Positions 20,231-30,556 of a stretch of 64,000 bases of DNA are shown in pieces (the stretch's first letter is position 1; each line of letters opens with the position of its first letter). Below the pieces are notes generated by a model, which was given only the letters and a program-made list of their open reading frames with translations, made no database searches and was not told the DNA's origin. Source of the stretch: Flavobacteriaceae bacterium (GTDB taxonomy: Bacteria > Bacteroidota > Bacteroidia > Flavobacteriales > Flavobacteriaceae). The DNA lies in contig CBFIIL010000003.1 of assembly GCA_965662485.1 (NCBI GenBank), positions 1,144 to 65,143 of the forward strand. Direction: 5' to 3'. A program made the translations under genes and the position numbers.

Positions 20231-21046
20231 ATGTCAAATAAAAAAGAATATAAGCGCATCACTGTCAAGTCTTTAGTAGAAATGAAATCTACAGAAGAAA
20301 AGATTTCGATGCTAACGGCCTATGATTATACCATGGCAAAAATTGTTGATGGCGCAGGGGTAGATGTGATTCTTGTTGGCGATTCTGCAAGTAATGTTAT
20401 GGCTGGACACGAAACTACATTGCCCATAACATTGGATCAAATGATTTATCATGCATCATCAGTGGTTCGTGCTATTGAACGCTCACTTGTGGTTGTTGAT
20501 TTGCCTTTTGGAACGTATCAAAGTGATTCTAAAGAGGCTTTGCGGTCTGCTATTCGCATCATGAAAGAAAGTGGTGGTCACGCTGTAAAACTCGAAGGAG
20601 GAAAAGAAATAAAAGATTCAATAAAAAAAATACTTAATGCTGGAATACCAGTGATGGGACATTTGGGACTTACCCCTCAGTCAATATATAAATTTGGCAC
20701 TTACACTGTTCGTGCAAAAGAGGAAGAAGAAGCTGAGCAACTTCTAAAAGATGCAAAAATGTTAGAACGCATTGGGTGCTTTGCCATTGTTCTTGAAAAA
20801 ATTCCCGCAAAATTAGCCAAAGAAGTTGCAGAAAGCATTAGTATTCCTGTTATTGGTATTGGCGCTGGCGCTGATGTAGACGGGCAAGTTTTGGTGCTTC
20901 ATGATATGATTGGAATGACACACGAATTCAATCCACGCTTTTTAAGACGTTATATGAACCTCTACGAAACTATGACCACAAGTATTGGGCAATATGTAAA
21001 TGATGTAAAATCATCTGATTTTCCCAATGCTGAAGAGCAATACTAA
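20231..21046 (+). CDS. panB: 3-methyl-2-oxobutanoate hydroxymethyltransferase
   Basis: [38 protein letters not shown]. Confidence 0.97.
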   Translation: MSNKKEYKRITVKSLVEMKSTEEKISMLTAYDYTMAKIVDGAGVDVILVGDSASNVMAGHETTLPITLDQMIYHASSVVRAIERSLVVVDLPFGTYQSDSKEALRSAIRIMKESGGHAVKLEGGKEIKDSIKKILNAGIPVMGHLGLTPQSIYKFGTYTVRAKEEEEAEQLLKDAKMLERIGCFAIVLEKIPAKLAKEVAESISIPVIGIGAGADVDGQVLVLHDMIGMTHEFNPRFLRRYMNLYETMTTSIGQYVNDVKSSDFPNAEEQY

Positions 21047-21049
21047 GTC

Positions 21050-21754
21050 ATGTCTAGAGTCGTTACAAATGCCTCAAACGTACAAGTCATTTATGAAGAC
21101 AACCATCTGATAGCAGTCAATAAACGTGTTGGTGATATCGTTCAGGGTGATAAAACTAATGACTCGCCTCTATCAGAAATAATTAAAGCATATCTTAAAA
21201 AAAAGTACAACAAGCCAGGCGCAGTTTTTCTTGGTGTTGTTCATCGGCTTGATCGCCCTACTTCTGGTGTCGTTATTTTTGCGAAAACATCAAAAGCGCT
21301 TTCGCGTATGAATCAACTATTTCAAGAGAAGAAAATTGATAAAACCTATTGGGCACTTGTAAAAAATAATCCACCAAAGCAAAAAGATACTCTTGTGCAT
21401 TGGTTAAAGAAAAACCAAAAAACAAACACATCAAAAGTTTACCCCAAAGAAGTAAATGGAAGCAAAAAAGCTATTTTACATTACACCACAATTTTTAAAC
21501 TTGATGCTTACCACTTATTAGAGATCACACTTGAAACTGGTCGCTCACACCAAATAAGAAGCCAATTATCGTATATTGGTTGTTCAATTAAAGGAGATTT
21601 GAAATATGGCTTCAAAAGAAGTAATCCAGACGGAGGAATTCATTTACATGCAAAAAAAGTAAAATTTATTCATCCTGTTTCCAAAACCCCAATCTCTATA
21701 TGTGCCAAGCCCCCAAAAGATGTATTATGGAACGAATGTTTAAAAAAGTACTGA
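21050..21754 (+). CDS. RluA-family pseudouridine synthase
   Basis: HRLDRPTSG catalytic motif, TGRSHQIR, GDLKYG. Confidence 0.92.
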   Translation: MSRVVTNASNVQVIYEDNHLIAVNKRVGDIVQGDKTNDSPLSEIIKAYLKKKYNKPGAVFLGVVHRLDRPTSGVVIFAKTSKALSRMNQLFQEKKIDKTYWALVKNNPPKQKDTLVHWLKKNQKTNTSKVYPKEVNGSKKAILHYTTIFKLDAYHLLEITLETGRSHQIRSQLSYIGCSIKGDLKYGFKRSNPDGGIHLHAKKVKFIHPVSKTPISICAKPPKDVLWNECLKKY

Positions 21755-21755
21755 T

Positions 21756-23135
21756 ATGGAACATATTAAACAACTTAAAAACACACAAAAAACCTTTTTC
21801 AAATCTGGAAAAACTCGAGATATATCATTTATTAAGGCAAAACTAAAAGCACTCAAAAGCACAATCATTTCAAATGAAAATGCAATTTATGATGCACTTT
21901 ACAAAGATTTTAAAAAATCTAAATTTGAAACTTATTTTAGTGAAATTGGCATTCTAATTTCCGAAATAGAAATGACACTAAAAAACATTGAAAAATGGAA
22001 TAAACCAAAGAAAGTGCGATCTGCTGCACTTAATTTTCCTTCGAAAGACTATATTTTTAGCGAGCCGTACGGAACAGTTCTTATTATTGCGCCATGGAAT
22101 TATCCATTTCAGCTAGCTATAGCCCCCATTATTTCGGCCATAGCAGCAGGAAATACTGTTATACTAAAGCCAAGCGAGCTCACACCTCATACAGCACAAA
22201 TTATTGAAGATATTCTTTCTGATGTATTTAAAAAAGCACATTTAAGCGTTATTCAAGGAGGAGTCCCAGAAACAACTGCTCTTTTGGACGAACGCTGGGA
22301 TTACATTTTTTTTACTGGAAGTGTCCCCGTAGGAAAAATTGTTGCCAAAGCAGCTGCTCAATATATGACTCCAGTAACTCTGGAATTGGGCGGCAAAAAC
22401 CCATGTATTATTGATGATAGTGTTGATATAAAATTAACAGCAAAACGTTTGGTTTGGGGCAAATTTGTCAATGCTGGACAAACTTGTATTGCTCCTGATT
22501 ACATTTTAGCAAAAGAATCTATAAAATCTGAGCTCATCGAACAGCTCAAGATTGAAATTACAAAAGCATATGGGGAAAATCCTCAACAATCTGAAGATTA
22601 TCCTAGAATTGTAAACGGTAAAAATCTTAAACGACTTGTAGATATGCTAAAAGAGGGCGACATTGTACATGGTGGTGACATTGATAATGATGATAACTAT
22701 CTTGCTCCAACGCTAATAAATGAACCCACATTGGATAGTAAAGTAATGAAAGGTGAAATATTTGGTCCAATCTTACCCATCTTAAAATATTCGGATACAA
22801 CAGAAATCTCCAATATCATTAGCCGTTTTGAAAAACCCCTGGGTTTTTATGTGTTTTCAAACCGTAAAGAATTCTATACAACGCTCATCAAAACATTTAG
22901 TTTTGGGGGCGGATCTATAAATGATACTATGATTCATTTTGGCAACCCTAGATTGCCTTTTGGTGGTGTTGGCGATAGCGGTATTGGTGCTTATCATGGG
23001 CGTCTTGGATTCGATACATTTTCGCATAAAAAAGGAATAACTATCAAAGCCAATTGGTTGGATATTCCACTGCGATATGCACCCTACAAAAACAAACTTA
23101 AAAAAATAAAAAATGCTTTTAAATGGTTGGGTTAA
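21756..23135 (+). CDS. Aldehyde dehydrogenase (ALDH3-like)
   Basis: PWNYP, FFTGS, TLELGGKNP, NAGQTCIAPDY, EIFGPILP. Confidence 0.93.
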   Translation: MEHIKQLKNTQKTFFKSGKTRDISFIKAKLKALKSTIISNENAIYDALYKDFKKSKFETYFSEIGILISEIEMTLKNIEKWNKPKKVRSAALNFPSKDYIFSEPYGTVLIIAPWNYPFQLAIAPIISAIAAGNTVILKPSELTPHTAQIIEDILSDVFKKAHLSVIQGGVPETTALLDERWDYIFFTGSVPVGKIVAKAAAQYMTPVTLELGGKNPCIIDDSVDIKLTAKRLVWGKFVNAGQTCIAPDYILAKESIKSELIEQLKIEITKAYGENPQQSEDYPRIVNGKNLKRLVDMLKEGDIVHGGDIDNDDNYLAPTLINEPTLDSKVMKGEIFGPILPILKYSDTTEISNIISRFEKPLGFYVFSNRKEFYTTLIKTFSFGGGSINDTMIHFGNPRLPFGGVGDSGIGAYHGRLGFDTFSHKKGITIKANWLDIPLRYAPYKNKLKKIKNAFKWLG

Positions 23136-23230
23136 AATACTTAAAAGTCACAATAGATTTTTCTTATTATAAACACCTAAACCATTTATTTTCAGTTATT
23201 TATGTAATTTATATAAAGCTTTAATTTAAT

Positions 23231-24769
23231 TTAACCCAACCACCCCTCTCGATCTAAACTTCGGTACTGAATAGCTTCACTAATATGCATGCTTTCTATA
23301 GATTTTGAAGCTTCCAAATCGGCAATTGTACGTGCCACTTTTAAGATTCTATCATAGGCTCTAGCCGATAAATTTAAACGTTCCATAGCCTGCTTCAAAA
23401 GTGACTTTGAAACCTCATCCAAAACACAAAAATTCCGTATGTGTTTAGTTTGCATTTGAGCATTATAATGAACTGCACTCAAATTCTCAAAACGTTGAGT
23501 TTGCAATTGTCTTGCTTTTGTTACTCGTTCTCTAATGATTATGGAAGATTCGCCGCGACGTTCTTCAGTCAGTTTTTCAAATGGAACTGGCGTTACCTCC
23601 ACGTGAATATCAATACGATCTAATAACGGACCTGAAATTTTCCCCATATATCGTTGTATTTCAGCAGGAGACGAAGTTAATGGTGCTGATGGATCATTAA
23701 AAAAACCGCTTGGGCTTGGGTTCATACTAGCTACTAGCATAAAACTACTCGGATAAGTAACGGTAAACTTTGCTCTAGAAATCGTAACTTCCAAATCCTC
23801 CAATGGTTGGCGCATTACTTCTAGAACAGAACGTTTAAACTCCGGCAACTCGTCTAAAAACAACACCCCATTGTGTGCCATTGAAATTTCACCCAGCTGA
23901 GGGTACTGCCCCCCACCTACGAGAGCAACATCTGAAATGGTATGGTGTGGCGAACGAAATGGACGCTGAGTCATCAAACCTGATGGTGAACGCAATCGTC
24001 CAACAACAGAATGAATTTTGGTCGTTTCTAAAGCTTCTTGCAACGTCATTGGAGGTAAAATAGACGGTAATCGCTTGGCTAACATTGTTTTTCCGCTTCC
24101 TGGTGGCCCAATTAATATGATATTATGACCTCCAGCAGCGGCAATTTCCATACAACGCTTTATGCTTTCTTGACCCTTTACGTCTGCAAAATCAAATTCT
24201 GGTCTCAATAATGCGCTTTCAAATTCTTTATTTATATCAAAATGTGTTGGTCTTAGTGTTTTATTTTTATCAAAGAAGTTGATTACATCAATAATGTGCT
24301 TAACGCCATAAACCATCAGTCCTTGAACAATGGCAGCTTCTTTGGCATTTTCATCAGGGAGAATAAACCCCTTAAAACCTTCTTCCTTGGCCTTAATAGC
24401 AATTGGCAAAGCCCCTTTTATAGGCTGAAGACTGCCATCTAAAGATAATTCACCCATAATTACATAACGCTCCATTTCTTGAGCTTTAATTTGATTTGAA
24501 GCTGCAAGAATTCCCACTGCTAGGGTTAAATCATAAGCAGAGCCCTCTTTACGCATATCTGCTGGAGACATATTGATGATGATTTTTTTACCTGGAATCC
24601 TAAAGCCATTGTTTTCTAGTGCAGCTGCAATTCGAAAATTACTTTCTTTTATGGCATTATCAGGAAGACCTACAAGATGATAACCAATGCCATTATCAAC
24701 ATTGACTTCTACGGTGATGGTGTGGGCCTCTACACCAAAAACAGCGCTTCCATAAACTTTTTTTAACAT
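23231..24769 (-). CDS. comM: YifB/ComM Mg-chelatase-like AAA+ ATPase
   Basis: VGLPD, GPPGSGKTM, PFRSPHH, LFLDELPEF, SGPLLDRID, LSARAYDR. Confidence 0.9.
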   Translation of the reverse strand: MLKKVYGSAVFGVEAHTITVEVNVDNGIGYHLVGLPDNAIKESNFRIAAALENNGFRIPGKKIIINMSPADMRKEGSAYDLTLAVGILAASNQIKAQEMERYVIMGELSLDGSLQPIKGALPIAIKAKEEGFKGFILPDENAKEAAIVQGLMVYGVKHIIDVINFFDKNKTLRPTHFDINKEFESALLRPEFDFADVKGQESIKRCMEIAAAGGHNIILIGPPGSGKTMLAKRLPSILPPMTLQEALETTKIHSVVGRLRSPSGLMTQRPFRSPHHTISDVALVGGGQYPQLGEISMAHNGVLFLDELPEFKRSVLEVMRQPLEDLEVTISRAKFTVTYPSSFMLVASMNPSPSGFFNDPSAPLTSSPAEIQRYMGKISGPLLDRIDIHVEVTPVPFEKLTEERRGESSIIIRERVTKARQLQTQRFENLSAVHYNAQMQTKHIRNFCVLDEVSKSLLKQAMERLNLSARAYDRILKVARTIADLEASKSIESMHISEAIQYRSLDREGWLG

Positions 24770-24826
24770 ATGATAGATTTGAGTATTTAAAAATATGAAA
24801 AATAATCAAACTGTTATTTGATTTTT

Positions 24827-24883
24827 AAAATGTTAATGTTTGTTTAATTATTGATAATAAACTTTGAACAAGCTTTATTTTTG
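24827..24883 (+). promoter_or_regulatory. Promoter with conserved upstream box (copy 1)
   Basis: AAAATGTTAATGTTTGTTTAATT at 24827-24849 and TATTTTTG -7 element at 24876-24883; same layout at 30479-30535. Confidence 0.65.
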
Positions 24884-24900
24884 TAGAAATCAATTTAACA

Positions 24901-25557
24901 ATGGCTAAAAAAACTAAACTTACTAAACAAAGACTTATTGAATTATTTATGGACAATGTTTTGGAACACAATGAAACTCCAAAAAGCGTCTATGCATTTG
25001 CAAAAATGAATCATTTTGAAGAATCCGAATTTTATAGCTTTTTTGGTTCATTTCAAGCTCTTGAATCTTCAATATTTGAAACTTTTTTCGACAATACGAT
25101 AAAAACCCTTAAAAAAAGTAAAGACTACAAAAATTACGACGCTCAAAATAAATTATTGAGCTTTTATTTTACTTTTTTTGGAAATCTTACTGCTAATCGT
25201 AGCTATGTTGTCCATGCTTTGGAAACTTCAATTGGAGGGCTTAATACCCTAAAAAAACTCAAACCACTACGAAAAAAGTTTCTTGAATTTGTCGATGAAT
25301 TAGAACTTGTTGATTTTGAAATAAAAAATAAACGCATTGATGATATTAAAGATAATGTGGTGAATGAATCCTATTGGATTCAGGCACTTGTAACACTAAA
25401 ATTTTGGTTAGATGATGACTCTACAGATTTTGAAAAGACTGATCTTTTTATTGAAAAATCTATTGCAGCAAGTTTCGAATTAGCACACACCAAACCTCTA
25501 AAGAGCGTTGTAGATTTTGGAAAGTTTTTGTTTAAAGAAAAAATGGGGGCTAATTAA
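24901..25557 (+). CDS. TetR-fold protein with degenerate HTH; COQ9-like C-terminal motif
   Basis: HTH-like KSVYAFAKMNHFEESEFYSFFGS; C-terminal FWLDDDSTDFEKTDLFIEKSI. Confidence 0.7.
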   Translation: MAKKTKLTKQRLIELFMDNVLEHNETPKSVYAFAKMNHFEESEFYSFFGSFQALESSIFETFFDNTIKTLKKSKDYKNYDAQNKLLSFYFTFFGNLTANRSYVVHALETSIGGLNTLKKLKPLRKKFLEFVDELELVDFEIKNKRIDDIKDNVVNESYWIQALVTLKFWLDDDSTDFEKTDLFIEKSIAASFELAHTKPLKSVVDFGKFLFKEKMGAN

Positions 25558-26870
25558 TGAAATCAATAGACCGAATCCCAACATCAAAATTACAACGTGC
25601 CTCAAAAATTGTTTCAACAGGAGCAAAAGTTGGAGTTAATTATATTAAGTATTACGGAGAAAGATTGAGTAAATCTGAAGAAATTGCAAAAGACAATTTA
25701 AATAAAAATAATGCTGACGATATTTACAGTGGACTAAAACAGCTAAAAGGAAGTGCTTTAAAAGTTGCACAAATGCTCAGCATGGAAAAAAATATTTTAC
25801 CACAAGCTTATGTTGAGAAATTCTCTTTGGCTCAATTTTCCGTTCCGCCTCTATCCTCTCCTCTGGTTGTCAAAACATTCAAAAAATATTTTGGCAAAGC
25901 ACCTGATGTTATTTTTGATGAATTTGATGCTAATTCTGTTAACGCAGCTAGCATTGGCCAGGTTCATCGTGCCAAAAAAAATGGAAAAGATTTGGCAGTT
26001 AAAATTCAATATCCTGGTGTTGCAGACAGCATAAAATCTGATTTATCCTTGGTAAAGCCAATTGCAATTAAAATGTTTAACATTAAAGGAAAAGATTCGG
26101 ACAAATATTTCAAAGAAGTTGAAGATAAATTAACTGAAGAAACCGATTATTCTTTAGAAATTAAACAAAGTCAAGAAATTGCAAAGGCCTGTGCGCACAT
26201 TCCTAATATTCTGTTTCCAACATATTACAAAGAATATTCATCAAACAGAATATTGACGATGGATTATATGCAGGGTCAACATTTATCGGAGTTTGCGAAA
26301 CACAACACAGACCAAGAAAATGCGAATAGATTAGGTCAAGCGTTGTGGGATTTTTATATGCATCAAATTCATAACCTTAAAAAGGTACACGCAGACCCGC
26401 ATCCTGGCAATTTTTTAATTAATGACAACATACAACTAATCGCTCTTGATTTTGGATGCATGAAAGTAATTCCAGATGAATTTTATTTACCATACTTTGA
26501 ATTGGCTAATCCAAATATTATCAATAATCCTCGCTTGTTCTCTGAAAAATTATACGAATTAGAAATTCTTACTCCCAATGATACCAAAGACGAAACCACG
26601 TTTTTTACAGCGATGTTTCATGAGTTATTAAGTGTATTTACACTTCCATTTCAACAAGATGGTTTTGATTTTTCAGATCCAGAATTTTTTGGGAAAATTG
26701 GCGATTTGGCAGAGCGCTACAGTAAAAATACAGAATTAAGGAAGTTCAATAGCAACAGAGGATCAAAACATTTTATTTATATGAACAGAACATTTTTTGG
26801 ATTGTACAATTTAATGTTTGATTTAAAATCCAATGCTGTAAAAATTAATCAATTTCAACATTACAAATGA
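25557..26870 (+). CDS. ABC1/UbiB/COQ8-family atypical kinase
   Basis: ALKVAQMLS (KxGQ-like), AASIGQVH, AVKIQYPGVA, EETDY, HADPHPGNF, DFG. Confidence 0.92.
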   Translation: MKSIDRIPTSKLQRASKIVSTGAKVGVNYIKYYGERLSKSEEIAKDNLNKNNADDIYSGLKQLKGSALKVAQMLSMEKNILPQAYVEKFSLAQFSVPPLSSPLVVKTFKKYFGKAPDVIFDEFDANSVNAASIGQVHRAKKNGKDLAVKIQYPGVADSIKSDLSLVKPIAIKMFNIKGKDSDKYFKEVEDKLTEETDYSLEIKQSQEIAKACAHIPNILFPTYYKEYSSNRILTMDYMQGQHLSEFAKHNTDQENANRLGQALWDFYMHQIHNLKKVHADPHPGNFLINDNIQLIALDFGCMKVIPDEFYLPYFELANPNIINNPRLFSEKLYELEILTPNDTKDETTFFTAMFHELLSVFTLPFQQDGFDFSDPEFFGKIGDLAERYSKNTELRKFNSNRGSKHFIYMNRTFFGLYNLMFDLKSNAVKINQFQHYK

Positions 26871-27502
26871 TACACCTAAAACGTCAAGATTTTGAAGAAT
26901 TAGATAATATATTTAGAATAAATCTGATAAATAGTTGCTCCGGATTTAAATCAGCAAACCTTATTGGAACAAAGTCAAATTTAGGAATTCCAAATGTGGC
27001 TGTTTTTAGTTCAGTAACTCATTTGGGTTCCAATCCACCTTTACTTGGTGTTATATTTAGGCCTGTAACTGATGTTCCACGAAATACTTATGAAAACATC
27101 AAAGAAACAGGGCAATTTACAATTAATCATATTGACGCTTCTATCATAAAAGACGCTCATCACACTTCTGCTAAGTACGATAAGGACGTTTCAGAATTTG
27201 ATATAACTAATCTAGAGGAAGAATATAAAAATGGTTGGCATGCTCCTTTTGTAAAAAATGCACCCATTCAAATTGCACTTACCTACTGCGAGGAATACGA
27301 AATAAAGGCCAATGGTACTATTCAACTCATAGGAGAAATTAAAGATTTATTTATAAAATCTGATCTTCTTGAAAATGATGGTTTTATTAATTTATCTAAA
27401 GCTAATATTATAGCGATCAATGGATTAGATGGATATACCGTACCAACACTTAAAGAGCGAATGAGTTATCAAAGGCCAAAAAAAATAGTAAAAACGAAAT
27501 AA
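26867..27502 (+). CDS. Flavin reductase-like (split-barrel) protein
   Basis: [36 protein letters not shown]. Confidence 0.85.
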   Translation: MIHLKRQDFEELDNIFRINLINSCSGFKSANLIGTKSNLGIPNVAVFSSVTHLGSNPPLLGVIFRPVTDVPRNTYENIKETGQFTINHIDASIIKDAHHTSAKYDKDVSEFDITNLEEEYKNGWHAPFVKNAPIQIALTYCEEYEIKANGTIQLIGEIKDLFIKSDLLENDGFINLSKANIIAINGLDGYTVPTLKERMSYQRPKKIVKTK

Positions 27503-27509
27503 CAACTGG

Positions 27510-27647
27510 TTGAAAAAATCTGAGTTACCATCAAAAATCTGTGTTGTGTGTCAACGTCCATTTTCGTGGCGCAAGAAATGGGAACGTGACTGGGAGTTTG
27601 TAAAATATTGTAGTAAAAAATGCAGCAACAACAAGACACATCGCTAA
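27510..27647 (+). CDS. DUF2256-like Cys4 small protein, 45 aa (not in ORF track)
   Basis: TTG start; [45 protein letters not shown]; overlaps the DASH gene start. Confidence 0.85.
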   Translation: MKKSELPSKICVVCQRPFSWRKKWERDWEFVKYCSKKCSNNKTHR

Positions 27648-28927
27648 TTTGGTTTAGAAATGATTTAAGGACACAAGACAATACTGTTTTGTTGTCGGCT
27701 CTATCAACTTCTAAACAGGTTATAGGAGTGTATTTTTTAGAGCCTAATCAGTTTAAAATAAATAAATATGGGTTCAAAAAAATGGAGAAGTATAGAGTTA
27801 AATTTCTTCTTGAAACTTTAAATTGTCTTCAACAAGAGCTTCACAAATTAAATATCACACTTTTAGTGTATCAAGATTCTGCAAAAGAGCAAATGAAGCA
27901 TATTGTGGAAACTTATAATGTTAGTACTATTTATTTACAAAAGGAATGGACTGATGAAGAAAATACTTCGTTTAATGATGTAAAGGATAGTCTTAACGAA
28001 ACAGTTATTTTTCATGACATTTATGATCAATTTTTATTTCATCCAGAGGATGTTCCATTTCACTTTAAGGATACGCCAAAGGTATTTACACAGTTCAGAA
28101 AAACATTAGAGAAAAAAGCAATAGTTAGAAACTTAATAAAAATTCAGCCACAGAGTGCAACATACTTGTTGAAAACTACAACTAAAATTCCCACTTTGAG
28201 AGACTTAGGCTACGAAGATTTTGAAGTAGACAAACGATCTGTTTTTCCATTTCTTGGTGGAGAAAATGCAGCATTCCAGCGGTTGGAACATTACTTCTTT
28301 GAAACTAAATCACTTGGTGTTTATAAAAAAACAAGAAATGGGCTTTTAGGGCTCAACTACAGTTCAAAGTTTTCTCCTTGGCTTGCAAATGGAAGCATCT
28401 CAGCGAGACAAATTTATTGGAACGTTAAAGAATTTGAAAGTCAATTTTTCTCTAACCAGTCGACCTATTGGTTGATATTTGAATTGATTTGGCGTGATTT
28501 CTTTAAGTATGTATCCCTTAAGCATGCTAATGAAATTTTCAAAATAGATGGCATTCTAAAACAACAATATCAATGGTCGGACCATCAAAAATATGTCGAT
28601 GAATGGATTCATGGCGAAACTTCAGACGATTTTGTAAACGCCAACATGTTAGAACTTAAAAATACGGGCTGGATGAGCAACCGAGGTCGGCAAAACGTAG
28701 CTTCATTTTTTGCGAAAACACAAAAACTAGACTGGCGAATTGGCGCTGCTTATTTTGAGTCAATGTTAATCGATTATGATGTACATAGCAATTATGGGAA
28801 TTGGATGTATGTATCAGGGGTTGGAAATGACCCTAGAGATCGTGTCTTTAATGTAAAACTTCAAGCCGAACGCTATGATTCAAATAAGAAATATAGGAAA
28901 CAATGGCTACAATCTAAACTCTTTTAA
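27620..28927 (+). CDS. Cryptochrome DASH
   Basis: [58 protein letters not shown]. Confidence 0.93.
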   Translation: MQQQQDTSLIWFRNDLRTQDNTVLLSALSTSKQVIGVYFLEPNQFKINKYGFKKMEKYRVKFLLETLNCLQQELHKLNITLLVYQDSAKEQMKHIVETYNVSTIYLQKEWTDEENTSFNDVKDSLNETVIFHDIYDQFLFHPEDVPFHFKDTPKVFTQFRKTLEKKAIVRNLIKIQPQSATYLLKTTTKIPTLRDLGYEDFEVDKRSVFPFLGGENAAFQRLEHYFFETKSLGVYKKTRNGLLGLNYSSKFSPWLANGSISARQIYWNVKEFESQFFSNQSTYWLIFELIWRDFFKYVSLKHANEIFKIDGILKQQYQWSDHQKYVDEWIHGETSDDFVNANMLELKNTGWMSNRGRQNVASFFAKTQKLDWRIGAAYFESMLIDYDVHSNYGNWMYVSGVGNDPRDRVFNVKLQAERYDSNKKYRKQWLQSKLF

Positions 28928-30460
28928 ATGAAAACATTACGACTCATTTTAGGCGATCAATTAAATCCACATCACTCTTGGTATAACCACATAGACGACA
29001 ATGTTTTATACTGTATGTTTGAAATGCGGCAGGAGACTGACTATGTGAGGCATCATATTCAAAAAGTAATTGGCTTTTTTTCAGCTATGCGAGAATTTGC
29101 CAGCCTGTTGGAGCAAAAGAGTCATAATGTCATTTATTTTAATATTGTAGATGTTGAAAATCAACATGATTTAGAAAAAAATATAAAACTTTTAATTGAA
29201 CAAAACGCTGTAGAGAATTTTGAATATCAAGCACCAGATGAGTACCGTTTGGAAGAACAATTAAAATCAATATGTAATGATTTGTCAATTAGCAGCTCAA
29301 GTTGTGATACAGAGCATTTTTTAACTACAAGAAACGAGCTTACTGATTTTTTTGAAGGAAAAAAACAACTCCTAATGGAGCGTTTTTATCGTAATATGCG
29401 AAAAAAACATCATATTTTAATGGTGGGGGAACAGCCTGAAGGTGGCGTTTGGAATTATGACCATAACAACAGAAAAAAATGGAAAGGAAGTCCAGAAATA
29501 CCTAATTACAAGGCCTTCAAAAACGATGTAAAACAAATTTGCAAGGATATTTCATCGAGCAAATTAGATACTATTGGGCTTTTTGAAGGCGATTATTTTG
29601 AATATCCCATAAACTTAAAACAAGCTCAAGAACAGTTAGCCTACTTTTGCAAATTCCTGCTCCCTCATTTTGGAGACTATCAAGATGCGCTACACAACGA
29701 AGAAGTCTATCTTTTTCACTCGCGTTTGTCTTTTGCGATGAATACAAAAATTATCAGCTCAAAGGAAATAATTGAGGCTGTTATGACACATTATCGCCAA
29801 CACATGGATAATATTGATATTGCACAAGTTGAAGGCTTTATTCGTCAAGTTATTGGTTGGCGGGAGTATATGCGTGGCATGTATTGGAAAGAAATGCCAT
29901 CTTACAAAACATTAAATGAGTTAGAAAATCATGAGGATATTCCTGAGTTCTTTTGGACAGGAAATACTAAAATGAATTGTCTTCAAAAAACTATCAAAAA
30001 CTCTTTGGAACATGCCTATGCACATCACATCCAGCGATTGATGATTACTGGAAATTATTTGTTGCTAACACAAACGCATCCAGATGCTGTAGATGATTGG
30101 TATTTGGGAATTTACATAGATGCCATTCAATGGGTGCAATTGCCAAATACACGAGGGATGAGTCAGTATGCCGATGGTGGTAAGATAGCGACAAAACCTT
30201 ATGTTTCATCTGGCAGCTATATCAATAAAATGAGCAACTATTGTAGTTCCTGCCACTACAAGGTGAAAGAAAAAATAGGCCCTAATGCATGCCCATTTAA
30301 TAGTTTGTATTGGAATTTTTTGGATGATAAAAAAACAAAACTCTACAACAATCAACGCATGCGAATGATGTATTCTGTTTTAAATAAATTTTCAGCAGAT
30401 GATTTACATGAAATGAAACTTCGTGCAGCTGAAATTATTGCACATCCAGAGCAATTTTAA
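28928..30460 (+). CDS. FeS bacterial cryptochrome/(6-4) photolyase (CryB/PhrB-like)
   Basis: LILGDQL, HIQK, YAHHIQRLM, four cluster Cys (MNCL, YCSSCHY, ACPFN), TKPYVSSGSYI. Confidence 0.92.
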   Translation: MKTLRLILGDQLNPHHSWYNHIDDNVLYCMFEMRQETDYVRHHIQKVIGFFSAMREFASLLEQKSHNVIYFNIVDVENQHDLEKNIKLLIEQNAVENFEYQAPDEYRLEEQLKSICNDLSISSSSCDTEHFLTTRNELTDFFEGKKQLLMERFYRNMRKKHHILMVGEQPEGGVWNYDHNNRKKWKGSPEIPNYKAFKNDVKQICKDISSSKLDTIGLFEGDYFEYPINLKQAQEQLAYFCKFLLPHFGDYQDALHNEEVYLFHSRLSFAMNTKIISSKEIIEAVMTHYRQHMDNIDIAQVEGFIRQVIGWREYMRGMYWKEMPSYKTLNELENHEDIPEFFWTGNTKMNCLQKTIKNSLEHAYAHHIQRLMITGNYLLLTQTHPDAVDDWYLGIYIDAIQWVQLPNTRGMSQYADGGKIATKPYVSSGSYINKMSNYCSSCHYKVKEKIGPNACPFNSLYWNFLDDKKTKLYNNQRMRMMYSVLNKFSADDLHEMKLRAAEIIAHPEQF

Positions 30461-30478
30461 TCTGTTAAAGAAAAACTA

Positions 30479-30545
30479 AAAATGTTAATATTTGTTTAAT
30501 TGTAACAACTCATTGTGCAACATTGTTTATGTTTGAAATAAACAA
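30479..30545 (+). promoter_or_regulatory. Promoter with conserved upstream box (copy 2) and overlapping palindrome
   Basis: AAAATGTTAATATTTGTTTAATT at 30479-30501; TATGTTTG at 30528-30535; TTGTTTAT-N7-ATAAACAA at 30523-30545. Confidence 0.65.
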
Positions 30546-30556
30546 ATTCGATTACT

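Noticed and set aside
21756-23135. Aldehyde dehydrogenase as a retinal/apocarotenal-degrading partner of PR-blh
   Set aside because: It is in an operon with panB and rluA, separated from blh by dnaK; nothing in the sequence indicates substrate.
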